Source: a virus (lineage: Duplodnaviria; Caudoviricetes). Taken from it: a stretch of 60,386 nucleotides of DNA. The notes beneath the pieces are model-generated. The model was not told the DNA's origin. It worked only from the letters and a program-made list of their open reading frames with translations, and searched no databases. The stretch spans positions 1-60,386 of the IMG/VR virus record IMGVR_UViG_3300032156_000009; one strand, written 5' to 3'. Shown here one piece after another: positions 31,159 through 40,202 of this stretch; within the stretch, counting starts at the first letter, position 1; the number at the start of each line of letters is the position of its first letter. Both the position numbers and the translations under genes were made by a program.

Positions 31159-31464
31159 CTAAGATGGCCGTGGATGATTTTGTATGATGATATTTGGAGT
31201 GGGTAAATTTCTACCTCTACCACCAAATAGTTCTATTGCTTCTTGTTCAATTCTTCTCGCTACTTGGACATTGCTATACCAGATATAACCCACGAGCATC
31301 ATGATAACTATTGTTACGTCTTTTAAAGTGGTTGTCACAGCCATTTGCGCATCTTCAAACGTTCCAGAATTTCTTGATCGTACGATATTTCCTGCCGTGT
31401 TGGATGCGACAAAAATAAGCAGGGATCCATACAAAACACCCAGGGCTAGTTCTTCTTTTCTCAT
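31159..31464 (-). CDS. Two-TM membrane protein
   Basis: Two hydrophobic helices. Confidence 0.55.
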   Translation of the reverse strand: MRKEELALGVLYGSLLIFVASNTAGNIVRSRNSGTFEDAQMAVTTTLKDVTIVIMMLVGYIWYSNVQVARRIEQEAIELFGGRGRNLPTPNIIIQNHPRPS

Positions 31465-31766
31465 GCGACACTCCTACTCTTCAGTTTTTCTACTGCATTT
31501 TTATATTTAATATCCAAAGCTTCTCTGTATTTTTGCGTTCTGATTGTAAACGCTAAATCAAACAGCTTTTTTGCTGGATATTCTAAAATTCTCGCTAATC
31601 TTGAAATATATTCAGCCGAAGGAATCTCATCATGTAATTCTATTCGACTCAAATAAGATTTTGTGTTCGCTCTAAGTTGAGTTACTAATTCTGTGCTTGA
31701 TAATCCTTTATCTTTTCTAATAGAACGAACCAAACGACCAAAGCTATTTTTATCTATATCAATCAT
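31461..31766 (-). CDS. XRE-family HTH regulator
   Basis: FGRLVRSIRKDKGLS...SYLSRIE...PS...LARIL. Confidence 0.85.
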   Translation of the reverse strand: MIDIDKNSFGRLVRSIRKDKGLSSTELVTQLRANTKSYLSRIELHDEIPSAEYISRLARILEYPAKKLFDLAFTIRTQKYREALDIKYKNAVEKLKSRSVA

Positions 31767-32662
31767 CTAGAACTCCCTGGCAATGGGATATTGATAAGTG
31801 CATTCGCGCCTGTAATTTGCGGCAATTGTCCATTCCATTTATCGACGGCTTTGTTCTCTACGAGTAATGTCGTCAGAGTTTGTTGCAAAAGATTATTGGC
31901 TTTCGCTTGTGCGTTGGCCTCGATCAATAGTGCATTAGCTTTACCTTCTGATTGTGCTACGAGCGCTTGAGCCAACATCTTTTGCTTTTGTAGTTCGTAT
32001 TCAGCTTGTTGTGCTTGTTGCTGTGCGGCCATCTTCTGCTGCATTTGATTTTCAATTGTCTCAGGAAGATGTGAAGCCCCTAAATTTACTTTATCTAAGA
32101 AGAATCCCATCTTTAAAAGTTCAGCGCCTAAGTCTTTATAAATGGCTTCTTGAAGACTTACTCTTGCAGATGAAATAAGATCCGATAAAGACATTTGACC
32201 TGCTTCGTTTTGAGCGATGGTCATGATAGTTCGTCGTATATAAGTAGACTCAATATCTTGTATATCTGCACCTTTGAAAGCTTTAAAAACTTCCGCGGCT
32301 TTTTCGGGACTGGTATTGTAAGTAATAGAGATGTCTTGCTTAATATGCTGACCTTCCTTAGTTGGCAAATCAATTGAATCATCTCCATGTCTTCCATCTT
32401 GGGCGAGAGTGAAAGTTCTAAGGGCAACGGGATATTCTTGCACGGTGGTGATGAAGGGAACTTTAAAGGTCATCCCTTGCTGTACTGCTCTTAGTCCTCC
32501 TGTCACTTTATTGAACATGACCCCGTCATAACCTGGTTCGATGATCACATAAGAACCAAAGAAGACACAAACTAGAAAAATTGCAGCGATAACAAACAGC
32601 CATATCGCGGTTGTATTATCGAGTATTGTTTTTTCGTTTCTTTCGTCGTAACTCATTTTCAT
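31763..32662 (-). CDS. SPFH/band-7 (prohibitin-like) membrane protein
   Basis: N-terminal TM, IEPGYDGV, GMTFKVPF, AQ-rich coiled coil, KWNGQLP. Confidence 0.9.
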   Translation of the reverse strand: MKMSYDERNEKTILDNTTAIWLFVIAAIFLVCVFFGSYVIIEPGYDGVMFNKVTGGLRAVQQGMTFKVPFITTVQEYPVALRTFTLAQDGRHGDDSIDLPTKEGQHIKQDISITYNTSPEKAAEVFKAFKGADIQDIESTYIRRTIMTIAQNEAGQMSLSDLISSARVSLQEAIYKDLGAELLKMGFFLDKVNLGASHLPETIENQMQQKMAAQQQAQQAEYELQKQKMLAQALVAQSEGKANALLIEANAQAKANNLLQQTLTTLLVENKAVDKWNGQLPQITGANALINIPLPGSSR

Positions 32663-32802
32663 ACCTCGTTTGATGAATAAAATTGAAAAATTGTCTTAAA
32701 CCTTTTTCAATGAAAGGCCTAAAGACAAACAGAACTCTTGCCGCGAGCAGTGTAATTAAAATTAAAATTAAAAATCGAGGAAAGAGTTCTAAGAACCACA
32801 TA

Positions 32803-33057
32803 TTAACCCTTATTTGTTGGCTTAAACGCAGAGGTATATTTCATAGCCTCTGAAAGCGTTCCCATCACTTTGGTTGAGTTTTTAGACATTCTCCATAGTT
32901 GTGTATAGGCCAATGCCATTTCGCGCTGCTGATGAACGGGGTTCATCATTTGGAAGCCTTCGGCCAATGTTTTTGTAAAACTCTTCTTAGGAAGCTTTAC
33001 GATTTGTCTTTCTAAAAGCGCTGTTAAGCGCAGTATTTCATTCATGGATGTTTTCAT
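32803..33057 (-). CDS. Hypothetical protein
   Basis: AGAGGT SD. Confidence 0.5.
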   Translation of the reverse strand: MKTSMNEILRLTALLERQIVKLPKKSFTKTLAEGFQMMNPVHQQREMALAYTQLWRMSKNSTKVMGTLSEAMKYTSAFKPTNKG

Positions 33058-33072
33058 GTTGTACCTCTGTTA

Positions 33073-33270
33073 TTAGGTTTTAAAAATTTCAATTGCACAT
33101 GCAAATGCAATTACTGAAAGCAAAACGAATATGGGTGTAAAAAGAATCGTCATGATTAATGATGTCGTATCTCTATAAATCATTATCGATGTCAATAAAC
33201 ATCCAATACAAGAGCTGGAAAATACCGATACCAATAATGACTTTAAAAGGATATTTATAAATTTACTCAT
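33073..33270 (-). CDS. Small two-TM protein
   Basis: Hydrophobic ORF. Confidence 0.5.
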   Translation of the reverse strand: MSKFINILLKSLLVSVFSSSCIGCLLTSIMIYRDTTSLIMTILFTPIFVLLSVIAFACAIEIFKT

Positions 33271-33447
33271 TTGTTAACTTTCTCTTTTAAACGTAGCGAT
33301 TTATCCACCTTTAAACTGGTCGATTTTGGCCAGTTTTCAACATTCTCAGTTAGCGTAATCTCAATTTTCACTTTAATTTCCGCCCCTACATCTTCAGGTA
33401 GATTTTTTAATTCTTTGATCAGCTCTGTGATTGTCATCATTCATCAC

Positions 33448-34590
33448 CTAAAACGTGATCTTTGACATATCATCATCAATGCTGATTGTGTTATCTAAGT
33501 TAGCCGGTGGATTTGCTTCAATCCCATCATCCAACGTGATCTTGCTAAGAACAAAACTCTCTCCATTCCCTGGTTTCCCTGGTGTGAAATAACCCGTAAT
33601 CACCGCCTTTTTTCCAATCCAAGAATCATCTACTGATGCATACGTTTTATGCGTGTTGAATAATGCACATTTAATCGGAGTTTTTGTTCCTTCTCCTCCT
33701 AGTTCATTACATGTTATTTGCATCACTTTCGGGAATTTCATAAGCGAGAAGATAGATACGTTCATTGTGACGTCTGGCTTTCTCTTTTCCTTTTGTACGG
33801 GTACAGGTGCTACAGCTTTAGGAGGATATGTTTTCTGTTGCGCTTGTTGTTGTGCTATTGGTTGCGTGACTGCTGGCTCTGGTTTAGGGGGTACATCTTT
33901 CCCTGATTCCAACCATTCTTTTAACTTTTTACCTGTTTCGATTGACGGTCTGAAGCATTCGTTTCTGAATAAATCTGTTCTGTCTTTAGAGACTGAGGCG
34001 ATGTTCCCATCGTTACTGACGTCAAATACAGTTGTAAATTCGTAATCCATTCCTTCGCGCTGTATTGGCTTCATACCCACTTTCTTCGGCTTTGATTTCC
34101 CCTTGTCATCTACGTCCAGTATATATTCTGTTTTAGCTCTCATCGTTGCGATGATGTGAGACTTTGAAGTGATCATCGCGTTAATCAAAGCGTTGTGCCA
34201 CGGTGTGATTTCTCTCCAAGCCATGTAACTATTGCCAGATTTTGAAGCGCGCGAAGCTTTGTCGTGCATATCCAGCTCTCCGCCCTCACCCTCCCAAGCG
34301 TGAGAAAGAGAATCGATAACGATCGTATCAAAATCTTCTTTCTCTGCCGTTTTGATTGCTTCGATGTATCGTTGAGGTGAAAATGGTTTTTCTAGTTGTA
34401 GAGTAAAATATTCGCCCAGGTGTTCATATAGATTAGCGCTTTCGCTCTCAGTATCAATCACACAAATCTTTCCACCTATTCCAAAACCAATCAGTAGAGC
34501 GCTGTAAGTTTTGCCAGATCCAGACGACCCCACTATCCCTAAGCGTAGTTTGCTTTTTCTTCTTTCAGCTTTATTGATTATAAAAGCCAT
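33448..34590 (-). CDS. AAA_24/Sak4-like recombination ATPase
   Basis: Walker A GSSGSGKT, IDTE, Walker B IVIDSLSHAW, TMRAK, YEF, KDRT. Confidence 0.85.
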   Translation of the reverse strand: MAFIINKAERRKSKLRLGIVGSSGSGKTYSALLIGFGIGGKICVIDTESESANLYEHLGEYFTLQLEKPFSPQRYIEAIKTAEKEDFDTIVIDSLSHAWEGEGGELDMHDKASRASKSGNSYMAWREITPWHNALINAMITSKSHIIATMRAKTEYILDVDDKGKSKPKKVGMKPIQREGMDYEFTTVFDVSNDGNIASVSKDRTDLFRNECFRPSIETGKKLKEWLESGKDVPPKPEPAVTQPIAQQQAQQKTYPPKAVAPVPVQKEKRKPDVTMNVSIFSLMKFPKVMQITCNELGGEGTKTPIKCALFNTHKTYASVDDSWIGKKAVITGYFTPGKPGNGESFVLSKITLDDGIEANPPANLDNTISIDDDMSKITF

Positions 34591-34653
34591 AATTATTTTT
34601 CCTCTTGTTCTCTTTGATCATTTGATTTTTGTTCATAGTCTTCATAAAAATCA

Positions 34654-34842
34654 TCACGTTCGCTCATTCTTCACCTTTTTTACTTTATTTAAAACCCCAA
34701 GCCCCGGATTAGGTTTATGCCATTTTGGCTTTTTCTTTTTTGATATAATTTCCGCTGTATGGTGGAAACGAAGACTTAGGTCTGGAACTCCATTCATTTC
34801 TTCACCTGCATTCATCCCAAACATATTCTCTTTTTTCTTCAT
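34654..34842 (-). CDS. Small basic hypothetical protein
   Basis: ATGA overlap with the csrA stop. Confidence 0.45.
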   Translation of the reverse strand: MKKKENMFGMNAGEEMNGVPDLSLRFHHTAEIISKKKKPKWHKPNPGLGVLNKVKKVKNERT

Positions 34843-35153
34843 GGTTTCCCCGTAATGGTTAAATGTCTTCTTTTGTTGATTATTTCGAGAATCTTTTTTG
34901 TTTTTGCTGGGTCAACATTGCCCACATTATCTTCTTCCATTTCCGTTACTTCTTTTTGTTTTTCTAGCGCGTGACTTGGCACAGAGCCTTTTTCTGCCAA
35001 TATCCGCTCGTATATTTCTTGCCGATTGACTGCGATATTTTTTGGTGCGTTTATCCCGAGTCGCACTTGATTGCCATTCACATCCAAAATTGTTATTACG
35101 ATATCATCTCCGATGATGAGTTTCTCGCCTAAGCGCCTTGTAAGTATGAGCAT
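34839..35153 (-). CDS. csrA: Carbon storage regulator CsrA/RsmA with a C-terminal extension
   Basis: [51 protein letters not shown] matches the CsrA consensus. Confidence 0.96.
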   Translation of the reverse strand: MLILTRRLGEKLIIGDDIVITILDVNGNQVRLGINAPKNIAVNRQEIYERILAEKGSVPSHALEKQKEVTEMEEDNVGNVDPAKTKKILEIINKRRHLTITGKP

Positions 35154-35154
35154 G

Positions 35155-35523
35155 TTATTCCTCCTTGTTGAGTGATTCGATTGCGCTGATGATCTGTTCT
35201 GTTGCAGCGACTAGCTTTGATCGGATTGGGGCAAATGGATCTTCTTTTTCTTTTTCTTTGAAATCAATCTCTTCGCGCTTAAGCTGAAAATCATTCTCTA
35301 TCATCTTGAAAATAGCTTCTTCTAAACGATGTTTACAAAATTCTTTATTTCTTTCTAAAGTTGGATAGATAATTTCTATTCCAATTGTATACGAGGAGTA
35401 TGGAATCGCCGCCTTCTCTTCGCATAAAATATCGGCTATCTCTTTTATTTTATCGAAATTGACTTCTCCCCAACATTCATATTCATTGGCTATTTCCAAA
35501 ATTTTCGTTTGATATCTGTTCAT
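35155..35523 (-). CDS. Hypothetical protein, first gene of the csrA operon
   Basis: AGGAG SD. Confidence 0.55.
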   Translation of the reverse strand: MNRYQTKILEIANEYECWGEVNFDKIKEIADILCEEKAAIPYSSYTIGIEIIYPTLERNKEFCKHRLEEAIFKMIENDFQLKREEIDFKEKEKEDPFAPIRSKLVAATEQIISAIESLNKEE

Positions 35524-35766
35524 ACGTTTTCTCCTATGTTTCCGTTTCCTAAAATAGTGGGCTCTTCAACGCCATTTATCACCTTATTTTTATTCTTTCA
35601 GTCTCCGAGCCCATTAGTAGAAGATGCCTAAAGGACGTTTTAAAAGCATATATTCTTAAGGACATGCTCTGTTCCGCCTTAGGCATCCACGAATGGATAT
35701 CAATTACGGATCGCCCCTTAAACATCTTCTATTAACACATCATACGCTAAGTTTTTATAAAATCAA
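35524..35766 (-). promoter_or_regulatory. Promoter and GGA-rich structured leader of the csrA operon
   Basis: TTGATT-N16-TATGAT (35766-35739); stems 35618-26/35723-31 and about 35555-64/35607-16; six GGA motifs. Confidence 0.55.
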
Positions 35767-35777
35767 TCTTTTTATGA

Positions 35778-37097
35778 TTAAATGTTAATATTTTCCAATT
35801 CTTGAATAAAACTGATGACCGATTCGCTAAATCCATCGATGTGAATCCATTCCCTATATCCTACACCGTTTTTATTAGTCGAAACATTAATCATATAGCC
35901 TTTCCCTAACGGATTTTTGACATCATCATGCGATTGCTCGTCTGTGATGACAATTATACGATTATATTCTTTTTCAAGGTTATTGACCGAATCAATAGCC
36001 GCACCTAAATACGTCCCACTATTTTCTTGAGAATTATTGATCGCGTCTCTTAAAGCAAATCCTCTACGTGGTGGCACTAAAGCTATTTTGTTTGAAAAAG
36101 TATAAATCGAAACTGATTCGCAGATTTCGCGCAATAAAATAGCTAATCCATTAGCGGCATCAGTGCATTTCATATCTGATTTTGCAGATAAAGTGCTATT
36201 CATAGATCCTGATACGTCAACTAACAAAACTGTTTTTCCTTTTAGCTTTTGCATTCCTTCCACACATTTAAACATTGTAGTTTCTAACTCTGGCTCTAGT
36301 TGTGGTGCATGAGTAGCAGCGGCAATGAATCTGAATGGTAATACTCTTTCGACTTTCATCAATTCTAGCGCGCGTTTAATTAAACCTTCGCTTACGTCGA
36401 CCTCTTTCATATTTCGTAGATTCCGAAGCAATGCCAAAGCTCCTAGTTTATTTCCAAGTAAAAGCGTTTCCCAAATTTCTTTCTTGTCTTTACCAGCAGA
36501 CAGAGCTACTTCCCATGTGTCGGGAGATTCAAGTGTCCCATCAACTAATTTCTTCCAAATCAATTCTTGTTCTTTATCTCTTGGTTTTGCGTGTACCATA
36601 AAAAGTACATCGCGTAGTTTTATCGCGTTATCTCGATTGTATTTACCGAGCGAATAGGCATCGAACTTTTGGAATGCCATAGCCAAACCTTTCTTGACCT
36701 GGGCAGATAACGGTTGCTTCTTATCGCTCCAATAGAGAGCAAGAAATTCGGCTAATTCGTCAGGACGCTGAATGATTGTGGATAAAATATTTCTTATACA
36801 AACTTTCCACTCGCATTGTTTATGTCTGGCTAATTCTCTAACTAACAACAATGGCACATGTCGAAGCTTCATTTTTGTTCTCGCTTCAATAGCAAGATTG
36901 GCAACAAAAAGGGGATCGTTCTTATGAACTAAATCCACAATTCTTTCAGCAATGGAAACCCCATCTTCATAAGCATTTTTTTCCCACAGAAGACAAGATG
37001 CAACAGTTCGTCGTAAATGAAGATCAACAGGGATGTGACATGCTTTTCCACCTTCAGCAGTCACCAAAGATTCGATTTTTTTATTGATTGCAGACAT
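35778..37097 (-). CDS. Ro60/Rsr RNA-binding protein (TROVE + vWA)
   Basis: LRHVPLLL, IQRPDELAEFL, YSLGKY, PDTWEVALS, ALLRNLRN, LPFRFIAA; vWA MIDAS DVSGSM, GT, IIVITDEQ; AGGAGG SD. Confidence 0.95.
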   Translation of the reverse strand: MSAINKKIESLVTAEGGKACHIPVDLHLRRTVASCLLWEKNAYEDGVSIAERIVDLVHKNDPLFVANLAIEARTKMKLRHVPLLLVRELARHKQCEWKVCIRNILSTIIQRPDELAEFLALYWSDKKQPLSAQVKKGLAMAFQKFDAYSLGKYNRDNAIKLRDVLFMVHAKPRDKEQELIWKKLVDGTLESPDTWEVALSAGKDKKEIWETLLLGNKLGALALLRNLRNMKEVDVSEGLIKRALELMKVERVLPFRFIAAATHAPQLEPELETTMFKCVEGMQKLKGKTVLLVDVSGSMNSTLSAKSDMKCTDAANGLAILLREICESVSIYTFSNKIALVPPRRGFALRDAINNSQENSGTYLGAAIDSVNNLEKEYNRIIVITDEQSHDDVKNPLGKGYMINVSTNKNGVGYREWIHIDGFSESVISFIQELENINI

Positions 37098-37112
37098 ACA
37101 TACCTCCTAAAT

Positions 37113-37171
37113 AAATGGGGAACAAACGGGAGAGCACTAAACCGAAGTATCTCTTCCCTACACCACCATTT
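37113..37171 (-). ncRNA. Y-RNA-like unit 4 (minimal, 59 nt)
   Basis: Terminal stem AAAUGG/CCAUUU; conserved GUGUAG...GAG-AUACUUC...CUC...CGUUUGUUC. Confidence 0.6.
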
Positions 37172-37176
37172 TTATA

Positions 37177-37309
37177 AAACAAAGAACAAACGAAAAGAGC
37201 TTTTTTTACTTTTGCTCTACCAACTGAGCTAACTTTGAGTAAACTCAAAGTATCAGGATCGAACTGATGACACTAAGTGCCGATGAAACTCTTTCCTACA
37301 CTATTGTTT
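37177..37309 (-). ncRNA. Y-RNA-like unit 3 with a permuted tRNA domain (YrlA-like)
   Basis: Same conserved stem; T arm AUCAG-UUCGAUC-CUGAU, closed acceptor-like stem ACUUUGAG/CUCAAAGU, then D arm UAGCUCAGUUGGUAGAGC. Confidence 0.8.
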
Positions 37310-37312
37310 AAA

Positions 37313-37461
37313 TGAAATGAAGAACAGGCGAGACAAGAGATTTTCGCGCTCTACCAACTGAGCTACCAGACTTGAAGGTTTCCCTTGTCGGACTAGGTTG
37401 GGCTCGAACCAACGACATCGTCATTATAAGTGAAGTAACTCATCTCTACACTATCATTTCA
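37313..37461 (-). ncRNA. Y-RNA-like unit 2 with a permuted tRNA domain (YrlA-like)
   Basis: Same conserved stem; UCA-CUUAUAA-UGA hairpin, T arm GUUGG-UUCGAGC-CCAAC, GAAA-capped acceptor-like stem, D arm UAGCUCAGUUGGUAGAGC. Confidence 0.8.
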
Positions 37462-37464
37462 AAA

Positions 37465-37532
37465 GAGATGAAGAACAAGCGATAGAGTATTTTCATTTTA
37501 AGCGAAGTAACTCATATCTCCACTATCATCTC
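37465..37532 (-). ncRNA. Y-RNA-like unit 1 (minimal, 68 nt)
   Basis: Terminal stem GAGAUGA/UCAUCUC; AGUGGAG...GAGUUACUUC...CUC...CGCUUGUUC. Confidence 0.65.
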
Positions 37533-37540
37533 AGTAAAAG

Positions 37541-37568
37541 ATAATAACTAAAGTTTGTATAAAGTAAA
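37541..37568 (-). promoter_or_regulatory. Putative promoter of the Y-RNA array/Ro60 operon
   Basis: TTTACT-N16-TATTAT; predicted start about 37534, at the 5' end of unit 1. Confidence 0.55.
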
Positions 37569-37586
37569 GTATTTTGTGATTATTTT

Positions 37587-38153
37587 TTAAAAATCTTTGG
37601 AACTGATATATGGCATCCTTATCGGCTCGGGTTCTTTTTCTTTGATCAATTTGCCTTGCTCTGTTATTTCAACAATGGTCGGGGGATAAGTTGTGCTATC
37701 TGCTGCGACATAAGTTTTTGTCTCATAGCGAGCCTGCGGTTTGGCTTCTAATGCAGAAATATCGAAAATACCAGAAATACCAGGGGCTATAGAAGCTAAT
37801 TCTTCGTTGATTTTTTTCTCTAAAGCCATTGTCTCTGTAGGGGTTTTAGGCGTTTCCTCCTCAAATGTTCCATGTGGAACATTATTTTCAATAGGGGTCA
37901 TTGCTTGGGGTATTTCCGAGACAACGCCCTTGGCCATGTACGCAAATCTTTTATTTCTACCTGTCTTTTCCATGAAGTCGTAGACGTCTTTTGTCTCGTA
38001 TCGATAAACGCGTTTCGATAATCGGGTTGCCCTGGGGAAACCCGGCGTACACATTTCTGGGTATCGATACCAATTTTGTAGTGCTGTCACTGAAACATTT
38101 AACAGTTTAGACACTTCTTTTCGTGTCAAATATAATTTTTTTAGAATTTGCAT
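37587..38153 (-). CDS. AlpA/MerR-type HTH DNA-binding protein (probable start MQIL)
   Basis: YLTRKEVSKLLNVSVTALQNW...FPRATRLSKRVYRY. Confidence 0.75.
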   Translation of the reverse strand: MQILKKLYLTRKEVSKLLNVSVTALQNWYRYPEMCTPGFPRATRLSKRVYRYETKDVYDFMEKTGRNKRFAYMAKGVVSEIPQAMTPIENNVPHGTFEEETPKTPTETMALEKKINEELASIAPGISGIFDISALEAKPQARYETKTYVAADSTTYPPTIVEITEQGKLIKEKEPEPIRMPYISSKDF

Positions 38154-38486
38154 TATTGTCCTTATTCGGTGGATAGAGATATAAAAAAGGATGATCGGGA
38201 AAAATCGATGATTTGTCAAACGAAAAAACGTAGGAAAAGAAAAAAGAACGTTTGTTTTCCGTGGGTTATTTTGTTAGAGTGCCAGTCCAATGAAAAAGCC
38301 CGCTAGTATCGGGCTTCTTCGATTTACACAGAGAGATGAAATATCAATAAAATCTCTCTAAATTTCCGTATATAGGAGCATCAATATTATGCCATTCAAA
38401 AAAGAAAGTCAAACAAATTCAACGATATTTATCGCTAACACAACAATTTCATATCCAAAGTGTTTATAAGTTAAAGGAGAATAACT

Positions 38487-39281
38487 ATGGCTCAGCGCCG
38501 AATGTTCAGCCCAAAAATAACGGCTTCTGACAAATTTCTTGATATGCCAGTTTCCGCAAGAGAACTGTATTTCCAATTGGGAATGTATGCGGACGATGAT
38601 GGGTTCGTTACGCCAAAAAGAATAGTTAGGATGCTTGGGGCAAGTGAAGATGATTTAAAAGTTTTAATAGCCAAAAGTTTTGTCATGCCTTTCCAAAGCG
38701 GGGTAATTGTAATCACCGCATGGAAAATAAATAATCTAGTGAGGAAAGATTGGTATCAGGAAACAATTTATAAAGATGAAAGACGATTGTTAGTCATTGA
38801 TTCTAATGGAGAATATCGTCTCGTTAACGAAATGTTAACGAATTGTCAACAAAATGTCGACATAGGTAAGGTTAGGTTAGGTAAGGTTAATATAGATAAT
38901 ATCTCTATGTCGAGTTCGCAGGAATCGAACATCGACGTTGCACCTGTTTTTAAAAAATTAGAGAGAGGGACACAGGAATATATTAATTTTTGTTCAACCC
39001 CTATCGACCCGACTAATACACGGGCGCTCGATTGGGGAGCAAAAGAAATTTTGGATTTCTTAAACAACAACTGTGGGAGACACTACAGGGTGAACGAAGT
39101 CAATCTGGGGTTTATAAAACAACGCTTGAAATCTGGGGTATCTATCACCGATTGTCGAAGCATTATCGAAGCGAAGCGGAAAGAGTGGCAATCCAAGCCT
39201 GATATGGAAAAGTACTTAAGACCAGCGACGCTTTTTAATAAAACAAAATTTGAACAATATCTCGGAGAACTCCATGCCTAA
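38487..39281 (+). CDS. Phage replication initiator (lambda O-like organisation)
   Basis: MAQRRMFS...LYFQLGMYADDDGFV N-domain; C-terminal KYLRPATLF...KFEQYL. Confidence 0.85.
   Translation: MAQRRMFSPKITASDKFLDMPVSARELYFQLGMYADDDGFVTPKRIVRMLGASEDDLKVLIAKSFVMPFQSGVIVITAWKINNLVRKDWYQETIYKDERRLLVIDSNGEYRLVNEMLTNCQQNVDIGKVRLGKVNIDNISMSSSQESNIDVAPVFKKLERGTQEYINFCSTPIDPTNTRALDWGAKEILDFLNNNCGRHYRVNEVNLGFIKQRLKSGVSITDCRSIIEAKRKEWQSKPDMEKYLRPATLFNKTKFEQYLGELHA
38823..38888 (+). other. Putative replication origin iterons inside the initiator gene
   Basis: Four 11-bp-periodic GTYRAC units (GTTAACGAAAT GTTAACGAATT GTCAACAAAAT GTCGAC) followed by GGT(A/T)A repeats. Confidence 0.6.
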
Positions 39282-39795
39282 TTATTGCGGGAAATGTGGT
39301 AATGTCACAATCAATGGCCATTGCCAAACGTGCGATATGGGAAAATTACCCAGTTATAAAAAAGAATTTTCTTCTGCTTTAACGTGTGAGAAATGCGGAA
39401 AGCATGGGCGATATACACAAACAGACGAAAAAACAAAACAGCCTAAAACCCCCATACTTTGTTACGAATGCGCGGTAGCTAATCGTAATCATGATTTTTT
39501 TAGAGCACACTTTGACGGGACATATTCAAACCCTGTCGAAGCCTTAGATTCCAATAAACGCGCTGACATTCAATCCAAACTTTATTGGGGTGAAAAAGTT
39601 GGATATGATGACGATGAATATTTGCAAGCCATCTTTGTTGATTTCGGAAGCGATGGTTTCGAAAAAGCGAAATCAGCAATGGACAAACACAAAGAGCTTG
39701 TTGCAGAAGGATATACGCAACAACAAGCTTTGAGAGATGTCACAGGAAGATTGAAACCAAGCGAGTTTAAAAAAATATGCGAACGATTAGAATAA
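39274..39795 (+). CDS. Zinc-finger protein downstream of the initiator (possible helicase loader)
   Basis: Four CxxC pairs; likely start MPNYC at 39274. Confidence 0.55.
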   Translation: MPNYCGKCGNVTINGHCQTCDMGKLPSYKKEFSSALTCEKCGKHGRYTQTDEKTKQPKTPILCYECAVANRNHDFFRAHFDGTYSNPVEALDSNKRADIQSKLYWGEKVGYDDDEYLQAIFVDFGSDGFEKAKSAMDKHKELVAEGYTQQQALRDVTGRLKPSEFKKICERLE

Positions 39796-40202
39796 GAACG
39801 AAAGTAAAGAGAAGACACCCAGAGCACGATTTGCAGAAATCTTTTTTTCAATGGTTACGCGATTGTTTGCCGAAATATCGTCGTTATTTTTATGCGAATG
39901 TGAACGCGGCAAAACTTAGTAAGTTTCAAGGCCAGTGGCTAATCGACGAAGGAAAGCAAGCGGGGGTTTTAGATGTGTTCTGCATGATACCCGCAGGCGG
40001 GAAACACGGATTTTACATTGAGTTCAAAATCGGTAATAACAAACTCACGTCTGAACAAAAAGATTTTGCGGCTCAAGCATTGGCTATGGATTATGCCGTA
40101 GCTGTTTGTTATACGCTTGATCAAGCCATGAAAGTCGTTAAAAGTTATCTGACTTCTGATTCTGACCAGACATCGACGGGTGATTTTAGTGCAATTTCTT
40201 GA
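39777..40202 (+). CDS. VRR-NUC family nuclease
   Basis: EHDLQ, G..AGVLD, FYIEFK, LTSEQ. Confidence 0.85.
   Translation: MRTIRIRTKVKRRHPEHDLQKSFFQWLRDCLPKYRRYFYANVNAAKLSKFQGQWLIDEGKQAGVLDVFCMIPAGGKHGFYIEFKIGNNKLTSEQKDFAAQALAMDYAVAVCYTLDQAMKVVKSYLTSDSDQTSTGDFSAIS

Noticed and set aside
37017-37232. 71-aa plus-strand ORF across the Ro60 start and RNA array
   Set aside because: Antisense to Ro60 and the structured RNAs, with no coding signal
37113-37532. CRISPR array or ordinary tRNA cluster interpretation of the repeats upstream of Ro60
   Set aside because: Units are 59-149 nt and pair internally, there is no constant repeat/spacer period or cas gene, and the tRNA arms are in permuted order without CCA
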